A stretch of 64,000 nt of DNA from a virus. The DNA lies in IMG/VR virus record IMGVR_UViG_3300045988_111426; one strand, given 5' to 3'. This document shows, piece by piece, positions 1 to 10,737 of this stretch (position 1 is its first letter; each line of letters starts with the position of its first letter). The notes beneath the pieces were generated by a model. The model saw only the letters and a program-made list of their open reading frames with translations. It was not told the DNA's origin and did no database searches. The translations under genes were made by a program, and so were the position numbers.

Positions 1-443
1 TGTGTGAGAACATGTAAAACAAAGTGCTTATATTGATCAAGCGTTTCTATCTTGTAGATGTAGAAATCATCATCATCGCCTATCTTGATGAACTCTGGGA
101 GATTTGCACCACCGAGAGCGTTCGTAAGTAGGAAGCCAGTTGACCAGTTGAACTGATTCTCTTGAGATAGGTACAAAGGTTTTGTAACTGGTTCATCTTC
201 AAGTGTCGTGTAAGAAGACCCAGTGAGAATTTCCTCGTCACATTCCTCGTTGAAGACCGATGATAACAAATCCACTATTTCCTTCGTCGTTGGGCGATGA
301 TCATACTCTTGTACGCTATAAGTCATATCATCACCTTGACCTTTAATGTCGTAGGCGACTGTGTATTTCTCGTGAAGTGGATCTACGAGGTGGATGAGCT
401 TGCCATCCACCTCGGGGTTACCACTTTGTCTGTTAGTTATCAT
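1..443 (-). CDS. hypothetical protein, partial (C-terminus beyond window start)
   Basis: Minus-strand frame is open from the ATG at 443 (MITNRQSGNPEVDGKLIHLVDPLHEKYTVAYDIKGQGDDMTYSVQEYDH...) to position 1. It overlaps the stop of the giant upstream gene by 11 nt. It is absent from the ORF track because it has no in-window stop. Confidence 0.5.
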   Translation of the reverse strand, partial: MITNRQSGNPEVDGKLIHLVDPLHEKYTVAYDIKGQGDDMTYSVQEYDHRPTTKEIVDLLSSVFNEECDEEILTGSSYTTLEDEPVTKPLYLSQENQFNWSTGFLLTNALGGANLPEFIKIGDDDDFYIYKIETLDQYKHFVLHVLT

Positions 444-3400
444 CTGGTACGAATCGTTCATCATATAGGAATTTGTAATGTTTCAGAGATTTAAATTCTT
501 CTAAGTTATTTGATATCACGACATTCCCAAGGAAGATTGGAACGTACGTCTCCCAACCAAACGTTTTCCATTTCACGTAGTTGTATTCATCATTACCGAA
601 ACGGTCGTAACTGTTATTGTGGTCGTAATACAGACAGCAACCATTGAAATCAGTTGCACCAGTGTATGACCTTGGAACAATAGACAATTTCTTACCACTA
701 TTTACAGTTCTCACTGGAGCGTTACGACCATTGTTGGAAGATTCCCAATCAATCACATAAACGTCCTTTGATCCAACTGGTGAGTATGTCGTTGATTTCT
801 GAACAGCGATAATACCGTACCACTGTGAATATCTGTTGCCGTTCCAATATTTGAAGTGGTTCATATTGCTACCACCAGAATAATCAACCCCATCTTTGTT
901 TCTTGCTTGTGTCATAAACACTACAGACTGCATCCATCCATAGCACAGGATCTGTGATTGACTGTATGGATTGAAATGTTTCTGTCCATATTCGTCGTCA
1001 TACACAAACTGCAATCTTGATCTGTTGTACACGCCATCAGTTCCGATACATCTTGAATCGTTTACACCGATTCTTGGATCTGTGAAGAATTTCTCACGAC
1101 CGCTGTCTATATTCGATGAAGAACAACCAGTTATGTTAGCATAGTCAAATCTACCATATGCCGATATCACAAGATGCCAGAAGTAACCAGCTTCTATTCT
1201 GTCGATCGACCTGTACGACGCATGTCTTCTCATGAAGTTCGCCACAGTGTTGGGGTTGTTATGATAACACAACGACGTTCCCTGTTTGAACACCCATTGG
1301 TTTTTGTTGTATCTTGTATCCAAGTGATTGTCGTGATCTTTAGCGTTCACTATGCCTGGGTATGATTGCTTTCTCTTATCGTTTGTACTGTACACGAGAG
1401 GATTGTGTGCTACCCACATCGATTCTTGTTTCGTCCAATCAGGTTCCCAGTCTGCAACCGAATCGCTATTTGTTAGCCATACTTCATAAACTTCGTGCGG
1501 TAGGAAGTCAGTGAGTATCGACGTGTAGAGATATTTTGCATCAGCAGGTACAGCACATCCGAAATCGGGGTTCATGATAGAAAAATCCGAATTGTTCAGA
1601 AGTATGAACTTTATGATCTTCCCATCTGCATCTGTGAAACAAGCACCAACATTCCAAGCTTTCTCGTAGTAGTATTCACCACCAGGTTGTCTCCGAGACC
1701 CAGGACTTGTAAGACCTATTGCTGGATTGTCCTCGTTGTGATATCCTCTGTGCATCATTGGGAACTTCACTCTCTTGAATCCACCAACGTCTATCTTGAC
1801 GTGACCTATGTAGTCTGCTCCTTCGCTTCCATCAGATATTGATCGTCTGTATTTGTAGAGATATTGACTTATGTTCTTTCCGACACAACCATTTCTTGGT
1901 TGTACGTAGATCTGTTTTACAGCATTCTGTCTAAACCATACGAAGTCGAACTTCTTGCCCTCTGGTCTCCGTGGTTCTTCGAGGTTTGATGACCAGATGA
2001 AGTAGTCAGTGTCTGTTTCATAATCATAAACGCCCTTTCTCCAAGATTGTGGTTCATGTACCCAAATACCGCCAGATTCTGCAACGTCGATATCTGCAAC
2101 TTCACAGAGGTCTGGATTTTCATTTGTGTCATATTTCCCAGAATGTCTGTCATGCAGAGGGAACACGACCATCTTTCCTCTCTCTTGTTCCTTTCCTCTG
2201 TACTTTCTACGATTCTCGACGATCTTCTTTACGTGACCACTCATCACATAAGGCTTGTTATAAAGATAACCAGTTTCGTTGTCAAGATTGCTCAGTCTCT
2301 GTGGATCAAGCACGTTCTGTTTCAGACCACGATTATCTACTATCGATTCCGTGACTGCAATTACTGAGTATTCTGGTTGCAGGATAGAAAGTTCGGGGTA
2401 CTGACGTTGCCACTTTTCCAGTTCGGATTCCTCGAGGAAGTTCTCAAGTTCATACTTACCAACAAATCCAGATTCACGACGAAGTGACCCATCAATCGTG
2501 ATCCCTCCCATCAGTTTGTACTTTTCAAAGAAGTCCGTACGACCCTTCTTGGAAACACCATAGATTCTGATGTTCTGAAGATTTGGGAATTCTTGGATGA
2601 TGTCTTCCCAACGAATGTTGTCACAGTTTTCTATCCACAGCTTCGTGATCTTTGATTTATCTTCGAAGTGGATGTTTTCCCAACGGAGATTTCTTAATCC
2701 ACGAAGTTGCAGGAATGTGAACGTTCTGGGAAGCCAAAGTTCCTCGATAAGTGATCCCGATGCAAACGAGATACTCTGCAGTTTCGTACGACGACCATCA
2801 AACTTGCGGAGACGAATATTGCCCGACAAATCAAGTGATGTGAAATTGTCGGATTGGAGACCTTGTACGTTGAGTTCTTCAAGATTTTGACATCCAGTAA
2901 GCGTGAGAGATTGAAGTGTTGTATTCGTATCGGCACATGAAAGGTCAAGCTTCTTCAAGGTCTTACAACTTGAGAAGTCGATATTGTTGAGGATGTACTT
3001 CGAAACCTCACGGAAGTCTATCTCTTGCATTCTCGACGCACCGTATATGAACTGAGGGTCATTGACGATAAGATCCATAAAGAACCTCAGAGAAACCTTG
3101 TAACCATTCTTCTCGTTTGCAAGAATACCGCTCTGTTTTGGAGCACCACTCGTGAACCCATAACCAAAGTTGTATTGCTCTGATGCTTTTATGTGGATCT
3201 CCTTGTTATCTTGAGAGAAGTTGTGAGAGAAGTAGATTCTTATGTTATCTGATCTGTAAGTACCTGCGAGATACTTCGCATCGAGAAGGTCGAATCGGTT
3301 ATTGATGATATACTGACGATGAGATTCTCTGTTCCCTTGAAGTGAATAAAGGTAGTCAAGATTGTTCTCCAGAAGAGGTTTTATGTACTTATGTTCAGAG

Positions 3401-6400
3401 TCCTTGTTATAGATTCTCTTCGACCAGTTGTTCATGAACTCTTCGTTCAAGACGTTCAAGACGTATTCTTTCGACATCACAGATCTGATCTTCTGTGCTG
3501 TTTCTTGAAGTTCGTTCTGAAGTGCCTGTCTTACGAGTTTCCAAAGTTCGGAATCATGACCTGCGTAAGCAAAGTTCTGAATCGATGCGTCGTATGTGTC
3601 TTGGTCGATATCATAATCGTAGATGAGCTTACCATCATTACGAACACCAAGTATAGTATCGTTGTCGTAAGGGATAAAGTACCAAATGTTACCATCCCAC
3701 GTGGCGAACATCATGTTCTTCACTCTCTGGTCGACCATCATGAAGTATTCAGTCATCACGTACCAACCACAGAGGAAGTTGATATCGAAGTAATCTCTCA
3801 CTTCACGCTTGAACTTATCGGGGCGACCCACACAAGACTTGATCCAGCTCCACAATCTTCGAACGTGTCTTTGTCTATCGCCTGCCTGCTCCCAAGTCAT
3901 ATCTTCGGGATATCGGAACTCGAGACCATTCTTGAAGTGTGTGTTCATGTCGTCAGTTTGGAACAGCCCCACAGCATTCGAGTTGTTGAGGAATTCCAAA
4001 CACGTACAACTATCGCCACTGAATCCATAGACGTGGTCAGATTTCGCCTTGTCGTTGTTGAAGTTATACTTGCCGATGTATTTGACATTTCCATCGAGAT
4101 TATCAACGAACATATCGCAAGGCTGACCGTCAACACCTATGCGAACATTGATATCCTGCTTCTGAGGTGGAACGAGGAATCCACACTGCTTGAAGACATC
4201 GTTGACGATGATTGCAACACCAGAGTTGTGGGTAGATGATGATTCAGCAAAGTCGGCTTTCATTGTGAATAGACCTACCTCTGGAGAATTTGGCTTGAAG
4301 GCATACTTTCGCTTTTCCTTGAGGACACCACCCACAGTAAGCGTGTTCTCGGCATCCTTCTTCTTGACATCAAAGTAGAGACGGTAGTTTTTACGTGGAT
4401 AAGTCGTCGATGATGTCCCCTGTATTCTCACTCTACCATGTCTGAGTTCAAATGAGAACTCTTTCCCAAACTTTGAGAAGAAGTCGACATCAAGCGGAAC
4501 TTCGAACTTCTTGTTATTGGTCTTGTCTACAAGAGCGATATCTGCCTTCATCTTCATCACAGATTTTCCCTTTGCGAGAAGTTTCTGCATAGAGACCGCA
4601 CCAGAATCATCAAGAACGTCGTTATCTCTGTAAAGTCTGACAATGTCACTGGGGTTCGGTCTGTCAATGATGTAGTTCATCAAGATTTCATCATCTTGAA
4701 GAGCACGATCATAGATTCTGACAGTTCGAAGATCGACATTTGCAGACGATGAATCCACGACAATGTTTCTGGGTGTTTGATGGAGGATTGAATCGGTGGA
4801 AGGGTACTGTACTGCACCACAACGAACACCATCGACGTAGATTTCAAGGATTCTCGTCTCTGTCTTCTTGGAAAGTACAAAAGTGATCTTGTAGAATCTA
4901 CCAGTGGAGAACTTCGTTTCGACATAAACACCGCTTGATGTCTGGATTCTGGCGGAGATTGGCGTGATAGAAATCCCAACGCCATTGTCAAGAGAATGGA
5001 TGATTGATGATGTTTTATCAGAGATCGTGTTGGTAGAGAATTCGAATTCGAAAGTCTTCCCAGTGATCGTCGGGTCAGTTTCAAATGGTTTATGGTTTAT
5101 TTCTATTCTTGCACCATTTACAAGAGAAAGTGAACCGTTCTTCCAACCCGACGATGAGAAGTTGACGTTATGGAATTCGGTCGAGATCCCCTTATAAGTC
5201 CAAACTGCAGGGTTCGATTCAGTGTTAGAACGACCTCCAGACATAAGTTCCAAGGACATGCTGTCGACAACCTTGTCGATGTCCATTGATGATCTTTCAA
5301 TGACGACTGGGAGGGAGAAAGTGTCGGAAGACGTTTTAATAGAGATCGTCTTTGGAGAGCGGTCGATGAATCTGTTCGTATAAGTTTGATCTATACGGTC
5401 AACGATGATTGAAGATTCTTGATCACCAACCGAAAGATGAATGTTTGCTTTTGCTTTTGAAGGATCGTAGACGTAATAGTTGAACGAGAATTCCTCAAAC
5501 TGGGAGACGACCATCTTGATCTGTTCGCCTGCGTCATAAGTTCTGCCGACCTTGTCATCAAACATAAACAGCGCAAACGGCTTATAAAGATCAACACCTC
5601 TGCGAAGGTGGAAGATTATCGAGTTTGAATGGATCGTCGTACCTGGGACTGACACATCAGTGGTCAAGGTCATCGTATGGATACCAGGTACAATAGAACC
5701 TGCAGGAATCGAGAATGACCCATTTGTGACACCACTCTTCGTGACTGATTGTGATTGAAGCTGTGTGCCATCCATGAGAAGTTTCACATTTTTATCACCT
5801 GCACCAGTTACACGGAAAGGAATGATTATCGTGTCTGCGGATTCATATCCTTGTCCATTTGTGGAGAGCTTGTACGAAGTTTCAAGACGAATGTCGTAAA
5901 CTCTCAATGACTGATACGTTTGCTTCGTCTTTGTTTCTCCTTCTTCGTCTCTGATTGTACACTTTACGTAAATGTCTATCGTACCTTCTCGGAGATAGTC
6001 GTTAATGTCGACACCATAAGTGCCTGCAGAGACATCTTCGTAAGTCTTTGTGAACAGCGTAAGTGCACCATTTTTGATCGTGACTTCAATCTTTGCACGT
6101 ATACCGACCGATTCACCATCGGCATTTTTGTAGTCGTAGGTGTAAGAGAATGTGGAAGTATCACCAAGGCGAATGTGCTTCTTGGTGAGTTCGGACTGTA
6201 ATATAAGCTTTGACTTCTGTATCTGGCCACCGCCACCTCCTCCACCTCCTGCAGGGATAGTCACAGATCCGAACTTCTCACCACGAACTTCGTCATAAAG
6301 AGAAAGAACAACGGATTGACCGTCTTCGGAGAGTTCTGCATCGAGTGAGGAGACCGAGTGTCTCTTCAGTTTCCCGATTTCTTGCGCAACTATAGCATTG

Positions 6401-7455
6401 GAAATTGGAGATTGTGAATTCTCGTCAAGTTCAACATCGACTGGGATTTTCACCACACCATCCTCGTTTGGTAGGATTTCGGGATCAGTACCGATTTGTA
6501 CCGATTTGACGCTACCTTTACCTGCGTCAATTCTTACAGTACCATCTTCCGAAGGTGTAAGTTCGTTTCCATTCACAACGATCTTTTGAATAGGTGCAGA
6601 CGGAACGATGATTCTTCTGTATGATCCGTTTGCACTGAGGAACATATCAGGTTCACCATCGTTCTTGATGATAGAAACCTTAAGTTTTTCCTCATCAGTG
6701 AATCTGTTCCCAAGCGTCTGTGAAAGTTTCCCAACCTCGATCCATCTGTCATCAGAATCTGTGGCTGTGGGATTATAGGAGAAGAGCTTTCCGTTATGTT
6801 CGTACCCAGAATTCGCCTTGTTGTAGATAGCGACAAGGTTTCCATCTTCGAGAGGTTCTCCCTTGTCACTGACAGGGTTCGTGGTCGATCGCATATCTTC
6901 AAGGGTGGAGAATGTTCTGAGAATCCCCATCTTGTAAGACTTGAGCTTTCCTTCAAAGTCCTTTACCAGCTTTGCGAATTCGTTATTTTTCTCTGTGAAG
7001 AAGTTCTGTATGTCTTGAATGATCCCTTCCTTCGTGAAGTTAGTAAGGTTTCTATCACAGATTATGACATCTCGAGTCTCCTTGACGTAAATGATCGAGG
7101 TACGACGAACTTCAACATCAAGGTCTTCATATTCCGAGATGTTGTTGAGTATCATAAACGTCACGTTCTTGCCTTGTTCACCAGACCATTGTTGAACAAT
7201 GTCAAGAATACCAGTAGATCCGACGACAGAATCTGGCTCAACGACGTATCTTCCGTTTTGAACGTCATATCTCAAAACGTACTTTACGTTTCCGAGTGGA
7301 TCTTGTGGCAGTTTCAGATTTTCAAGAAATAAACCAGTGTATTGGTTTATCTTCTGAATCATAATATCTACTACACCAAAATTCTCGTTTATTATCTTTC
7401 TTGATTCCTCAAGAGAGTTGTCTACAGATACTTTCTTTATGGATTGAGTTGCCAT
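433..7455 (-). CDS. giant multidomain tail-fibre/adhesin-like virion protein (LamG-like, CotH-like, leucine-rich-repeat regions)
   Basis: 2340-aa ORF with a late-type motif 8 nt upstream. LamG-type segment: ILEIYVDGVRCG...VRIYDRALQDDEILMNY. CotH-type motifs: IQGTSSTTYPRKNYRLYF and NIWYFIPYDNDTILG. LRR run: LKKLDLSC..LQSLTLTGCQNLEELNV..LDLSGNIRL..ITKLWIENC. Also a G8 linker. Confidence 0.8.
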   Translation of the reverse strand: MATQSIKKVSVDNSLEESRKIINENFGVVDIMIQKINQYTGLFLENLKLPQDPLGNVKYVLRYDVQNGRYVVEPDSVVGSTGILDIVQQWSGEQGKNVTFMILNNISEYEDLDVEVRRTSIIYVKETRDVIICDRNLTNFTKEGIIQDIQNFFTEKNNEFAKLVKDFEGKLKSYKMGILRTFSTLEDMRSTTNPVSDKGEPLEDGNLVAIYNKANSGYEHNGKLFSYNPTATDSDDRWIEVGKLSQTLGNRFTDEEKLKVSIIKNDGEPDMFLSANGSYRRIIVPSAPIQKIVVNGNELTPSEDGTVRIDAGKGSVKSVQIGTDPEILPNEDGVVKIPVDVELDENSQSPISNAIVAQEIGKLKRHSVSSLDAELSEDGQSVVLSLYDEVRGEKFGSVTIPAGGGGGGGGQIQKSKLILQSELTKKHIRLGDTSTFSYTYDYKNADGESVGIRAKIEVTIKNGALTLFTKTYEDVSAGTYGVDINDYLREGTIDIYVKCTIRDEEGETKTKQTYQSLRVYDIRLETSYKLSTNGQGYESADTIIIPFRVTGAGDKNVKLLMDGTQLQSQSVTKSGVTNGSFSIPAGSIVPGIHTMTLTTDVSVPGTTIHSNSIIFHLRRGVDLYKPFALFMFDDKVGRTYDAGEQIKMVVSQFEEFSFNYYVYDPSKAKANIHLSVGDQESSIIVDRIDQTYTNRFIDRSPKTISIKTSSDTFSLPVVIERSSMDIDKVVDSMSLELMSGGRSNTESNPAVWTYKGISTEFHNVNFSSSGWKNGSLSLVNGARIEINHKPFETDPTITGKTFEFEFSTNTISDKTSSIIHSLDNGVGISITPISARIQTSSGVYVETKFSTGRFYKITFVLSKKTETRILEIYVDGVRCGAVQYPSTDSILHQTPRNIVVDSSSANVDLRTVRIYDRALQDDEILMNYIIDRPNPSDIVRLYRDNDVLDDSGAVSMQKLLAKGKSVMKMKADIALVDKTNNKKFEVPLDVDFFSKFGKEFSFELRHGRVRIQGTSSTTYPRKNYRLYFDVKKKDAENTLTVGGVLKEKRKYAFKPNSPEVGLFTMKADFAESSSTHNSGVAIIVNDVFKQCGFLVPPQKQDINVRIGVDGQPCDMFVDNLDGNVKYIGKYNFNNDKAKSDHVYGFSGDSCTCLEFLNNSNAVGLFQTDDMNTHFKNGLEFRYPEDMTWEQAGDRQRHVRRLWSWIKSCVGRPDKFKREVRDYFDINFLCGWYVMTEYFMMVDQRVKNMMFATWDGNIWYFIPYDNDTILGVRNDGKLIYDYDIDQDTYDASIQNFAYAGHDSELWKLVRQALQNELQETAQKIRSVMSKEYVLNVLNEEFMNNWSKRIYNKDSEHKYIKPLLENNLDYLYSLQGNRESHRQYIINNRFDLLDAKYLAGTYRSDNIRIYFSHNFSQDNKEIHIKASEQYNFGYGFTSGAPKQSGILANEKNGYKVSLRFFMDLIVNDPQFIYGASRMQEIDFREVSKYILNNIDFSSCKTLKKLDLSCADTNTTLQSLTLTGCQNLEELNVQGLQSDNFTSLDLSGNIRLRKFDGRRTKLQSISFASGSLIEELWLPRTFTFLQLRGLRNLRWENIHFEDKSKITKLWIENCDNIRWEDIIQEFPNLQNIRIYGVSKKGRTDFFEKYKLMGGITIDGSLRRESGFVGKYELENFLEESELEKWQRQYPELSILQPEYSVIAVTESIVDNRGLKQNVLDPQRLSNLDNETGYLYNKPYVMSGHVKKIVENRRKYRGKEQERGKMVVFPLHDRHSGKYDTNENPDLCEVADIDVAESGGIWVHEPQSWRKGVYDYETDTDYFIWSSNLEEPRRPEGKKFDFVWFRQNAVKQIYVQPRNGCVGKNISQYLYKYRRSISDGSEGADYIGHVKIDVGGFKRVKFPMMHRGYHNEDNPAIGLTSPGSRRQPGGEYYYEKAWNVGACFTDADGKIIKFILLNNSDFSIMNPDFGCAVPADAKYLYTSILTDFLPHEVYEVWLTNSDSVADWEPDWTKQESMWVAHNPLVYSTNDKRKQSYPGIVNAKDHDNHLDTRYNKNQWVFKQGTSLCYHNNPNTVANFMRRHASYRSIDRIEAGYFWHLVISAYGRFDYANITGCSSSNIDSGREKFFTDPRIGVNDSRCIGTDGVYNRSRLQFVYDDEYGQKHFNPYSQSQILCYGWMQSVVFMTQARNKDGVDYSGGSNMNHFKYWNGNRYSQWYGIIAVQKSTTYSPVGSKDVYVIDWESSNNGRNAPVRTVNSGKKLSIVPRSYTGATDFNGCCLYYDHNNSYDRFGNDEYNYVKWKTFGWETYVPIFLGNVVISNNLEEFKSLKHYKFLYDERFVPDDN

Positions 7456-7463
7456 TCTTCAAC

Positions 7464-7480
7464 ATATTTCGTTATTTACC
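7464..7480 (-). promoter_or_regulatory. late-type upstream motif GGTAAATAACGAAATAT
   Basis: 8 nt upstream of the ATG of the 2340-aa gene. Member of a 12-copy family. Confidence 0.5.
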
Positions 7481-7539
7481 GATATGGGCGGATACGGAAA
7501 GTCCCACCAGAGGACTTTACCAATGGTGGGACTTACTTT

Positions 7540-9972
7540 TTATTGTACGTGTTTTACGTATCTGTCATAATCATCACCTGATATCACATTCACAAAGTTG
7601 TGTTTCACACAAAGAGAACTATTGCCCGCATTGTCGAATATCTCACATTCTACTGTGTAGTTTCCTACCTTTTGGAATGTGTAACACATAACGAGAGAGT
7701 TAGTGAGCGTGAGAACTTCGATATCTCCTTGTTTTATCTTCCAGTTTGCGTTCACTATCCCATCAATGTAAGATTCATCAACACTGAAGAAGATCGGGTG
7801 GAATGGTGCAACGAAGAATGATTGTTCGTATATGTTCGTGTTGTTCCACTTGAAAGGATAATCAACACTTGCTTTATATTCTGCACGAAGACCTTCTACA
7901 CGAAGATTAATGTCCTCGTAAACCATTCTATGGGAGACGATCTCAATAAACGAGGTGTCCCACTCTCGGTAGATCACGTTGAACTCTCGGAGATCTATCT
8001 GATGACGAATGTCTTCATATAAATCACGCATCGTTTGTCTTTCACGCATTTCACCACTGAGAGTGAAAAGTTTTGATTGCAAGGAATATCTTCCTTGTGT
8101 GAATGAATGAATAATGATCGAAGGGTATCTTATACCAGACAGATTCAAATCATCCCAAGAGCGAATACCAAAGTCAGATATCTTGAACTCTGATTTTCGA
8201 TAGTTCATTCTTCGGAATCCAAGCGAGGGATCTTTGAGCATGTGAAGTCTTTCATATTCGTGAATCTTTGAAGACAAGAATCTCAGACGAGCATCACTCA
8301 TCCTCTGATGCTTTTGTATTACCTTGCTTGGATGAGACTTGAAGAAAGCGAGGAAGTTGGGGATCTTCTGTCTCACTTCGAACATCTTCTTCTTTTTGAA
8401 GATTTCTTCACCACCATAGTACTCGTAGACGATCTTCACATCGTAGACACCTTTTCGATTAACGAGAATCTTGATTTCGCTCGTGGAAGGTGAAAACTCA
8501 CCAGTTATTCGAAAATCACCATCTTTCAGTTCATATGTTGCTCTGTAATATTGATAATAGTCAACATCTCCCCATGTTGCACCTACATCTTTGAAGTTTT
8601 CCCAGTTCGTGGGAACATCTTCATACCTGCGATTGAAACTATCGTTTTGAAGTGTCACTTCGACACCTATCTTTGATTTCCTGCTCCCAGTTACAAAAGT
8701 GTCGTGGAATCCCTTATAGCCAATCGATGCACCGATGATAGAAGTCGCTATCGACGAAAGCTTTCTCGTTCCAATTGATGATAGTTTTGGATTTCCTTGA
8801 AGGTCTGTATCTGCAACGTACAGAGAATCGTTACGTGTATCTTGGAGATAGTAAACACGTCGATCTGTGGTTATTATATGAGATCTTGATTTTACATTTT
8901 GCGTATGTTCATGTTCTGACCAAGAAGTGGTGATCTTGTATTTTCCAAAGAATACGAATTCTCCTATGATGTCGACGATATCTGAAATACCACCAATTTC
9001 TCTGTCTTCGATCCACTTCTTGATACCAAACAGCTTTATAACAATCTCATCGACTGTAAACAAGAAGTTGTCTTTAACTACTGGAAGTCCTTGATCATCA
9101 TAAAGATCATCCACGACCGAGTTATACTCAAAGAATAGACCAAACTTTGAAGTTTTCTGAAGTCGAGAGTAGTCCATCGATTTCTCTGAGAGATCTTCAT
9201 AGACGAACTTCCCAGTTTTTGGATTTAGCCAATATTCCTTAATCTTGAGGTCTTGGAAATCGAACAGGTTCAAGACACCTCTCACACCTTTATGAGCGGA
9301 GAAATATGGCTTGATGTTGTGCATTTCTATCAAGAATTCCTTACGCTTCCGATTAAGAATAGAAACGTCCGCCACGTCACCGTCCGTGGGATGCGTTCTG
9401 AATAGAAATGCGTCATCTTTAGAAAGATACTCTCCAAAATCGGCAAGTCTGTCGATGAATCTTTCATCTTCCTCTTCAACGAAGATTTGTGCGGTCAGTT
9501 CAATCGCTATTTCTCCGTCAAGTTCAATAACAAGAATATCCTCGATAAAACCACCTTCGGAAGATGTCGCCATTACCTGCAAGCACTTCGGTGTTGCAAA
9601 AATGTCACGAATCTCAACGATATCTTCTCCGAAAGTTGCTGTTTTATCTTCCTTAAAATCTGCTTCAAAAGTGTCGAAAAGTCTTATCTCTGGCTCCGAT
9701 TCATAAGGTGATCCAACATCGAAGAACTTGAATTTCCCTTCGTGCATTTTACACTTCACATGTCTGAACGAACGAACATCATCATATTCGATCTCGTCAT
9801 AGATCTTGACTTTCTCCATGAAGTACAAAGATTGTGTTTCAACCAGTCCTGCACTTGTCTTTGAAAATACAAGATCACCTTGAAGAAGGTCAAGTTCTTC
9901 ATTGTACTCAAGATCTATGATTTCTCCATTTTTTTGGAATAGCGTTATGTTCTTTAATCGATTCAGAGACAT
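7540..9972 (-). CDS. hypothetical virion structural protein
   Basis: 810-aa ORF with GGTAAATAAGCAAATAT 10 nt upstream of the ATG. It lies between fibre-like genes. No catalytic motifs recognised. Confidence 0.7.
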   Translation of the reverse strand: MSLNRLKNITLFQKNGEIIDLEYNEELDLLQGDLVFSKTSAGLVETQSLYFMEKVKIYDEIEYDDVRSFRHVKCKMHEGKFKFFDVGSPYESEPEIRLFDTFEADFKEDKTATFGEDIVEIRDIFATPKCLQVMATSSEGGFIEDILVIELDGEIAIELTAQIFVEEEDERFIDRLADFGEYLSKDDAFLFRTHPTDGDVADVSILNRKRKEFLIEMHNIKPYFSAHKGVRGVLNLFDFQDLKIKEYWLNPKTGKFVYEDLSEKSMDYSRLQKTSKFGLFFEYNSVVDDLYDDQGLPVVKDNFLFTVDEIVIKLFGIKKWIEDREIGGISDIVDIIGEFVFFGKYKITTSWSEHEHTQNVKSRSHIITTDRRVYYLQDTRNDSLYVADTDLQGNPKLSSIGTRKLSSIATSIIGASIGYKGFHDTFVTGSRKSKIGVEVTLQNDSFNRRYEDVPTNWENFKDVGATWGDVDYYQYYRATYELKDGDFRITGEFSPSTSEIKILVNRKGVYDVKIVYEYYGGEEIFKKKKMFEVRQKIPNFLAFFKSHPSKVIQKHQRMSDARLRFLSSKIHEYERLHMLKDPSLGFRRMNYRKSEFKISDFGIRSWDDLNLSGIRYPSIIIHSFTQGRYSLQSKLFTLSGEMRERQTMRDLYEDIRHQIDLREFNVIYREWDTSFIEIVSHRMVYEDINLRVEGLRAEYKASVDYPFKWNNTNIYEQSFFVAPFHPIFFSVDESYIDGIVNANWKIKQGDIEVLTLTNSLVMCYTFQKVGNYTVECEIFDNAGNSSLCVKHNFVNVISGDDYDRYVKHVQ

Positions 9973-9982
9973 ATTTTGGAGG

Positions 9983-9999
9983 ATATTTGCTTATTTACC
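9983..9999 (-). promoter_or_regulatory. late-type upstream motif GGTAAATAAGCAAATAT
   Basis: 10 nt upstream of the ATG of the 810-aa gene. Confidence 0.5.
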
Positions 10000-10043
10000 G
10001 ACCTATATAAACGGAAACAAGAAGAAAAAACAAAAGAACCGCT

Positions 10044-10652
10044 ATGAAGTACGATATGATGAAGATAATCAGTGCTGTCGAGAAAGTAGGTGGTGAAATC
10101 GATAGAACACCCGTCTTTCTCAACATTGTCGGCATCCGTGATTTATCGAATCCAAACACATGGAACGATACCTGTGTTTATTTCAGATTTAACGAGAAGG
10201 GTGAAATAGAAATCCGTGAGATTCTCGAGTTCACGACAGACCCAGGTATTGACAATCTCCAAAAGCCACTTAACCCACAAGGATGCGCTATTCTTAAGCG
10301 TGGATATCATAAAGACCTATGGCAGATCGGTCTGCACCAAGGGAAATATGAAGCACTCAGACAGGTATCTCCCACTCACGTCCATAGAGATAACAACAAA
10401 GATTCCAAGCATGATCTCGTAGGGGATGACTTTGGGGTGTTTGGTATAAACTTCCATCGAGCATCCTCTCAGAAGCTTGTACCAGTTGTTGGTCTCTATT
10501 CTGCAGGTTGTCAAGTGGTGAGAAACATTAACGATTTCTCCAAGTTCATGCAGTGGGCAAATCAAGCCAAGAAAGCAGGACAGAAGGCATTCTCCTACAC
10601 GCTTCTGACCGTGGAAGATCTGAACTCTATGGAAGATATCAAACCAGAATAA
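10044..10652 (+). CDS. hypothetical protein, possible YkuD-fold cell-wall enzyme
   Basis: 202-aa ORF followed by an intrinsic terminator. GINFHRAS...VGLYSAGCQVV resembles the H...SxGC active-site motif of L,D-transpeptidase-fold proteins. The functional call is weak. Confidence 0.6.
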   Translation: MKYDMMKIISAVEKVGGEIDRTPVFLNIVGIRDLSNPNTWNDTCVYFRFNEKGEIEIREILEFTTDPGIDNLQKPLNPQGCAILKRGYHKDLWQIGLHQGKYEALRQVSPTHVHRDNNKDSKHDLVGDDFGVFGINFHRASSQKLVPVVGLYSAGCQVVRNINDFSKFMQWANQAKKAGQKAFSYTLLTVEDLNSMEDIKPE

Positions 10653-10678
10653 CAAAGGTTGTCTAAAATAGACATTAA

Positions 10679-10724
10679 GCCCCGATCATCAACCGTATGG
10701 AAGATGATCGGGGCTTTCTTTTAT
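10679..10724 (+). terminator. intrinsic terminator
   Basis: GCCCCGATCATC..GATGATCGGGGC followed by TTTCTTTTAT. Confidence 0.75.
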
Positions 10725-10737
10725 TCTCCGAACTCAA

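Noticed and set aside
297-494. Plus-strand 65-aa ORF at the left edge
   Set aside because: It overlaps the stop of the giant gene and the start of an open minus-strand frame that continues to the window edge. The minus-strand reading is more coherent.
6221-6250. Poly-Gly coding tracts as slipped-strand phase-variation sites
   Set aside because: They are encoded by mixed GGT/GGA/GGC/GGG codons rather than a homopolymer or perfect short tandem repeat.
1174-7332. Many plus-strand ORFs of 60-282 aa inside the 2340-aa gene (e.g. 3391-4239), and similar antisense ORFs inside the other giant genes
   Set aside because: They are fully nested antisense to long, motif-bearing ORFs and have low-complexity translations. 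These are typical shadow ORFs.
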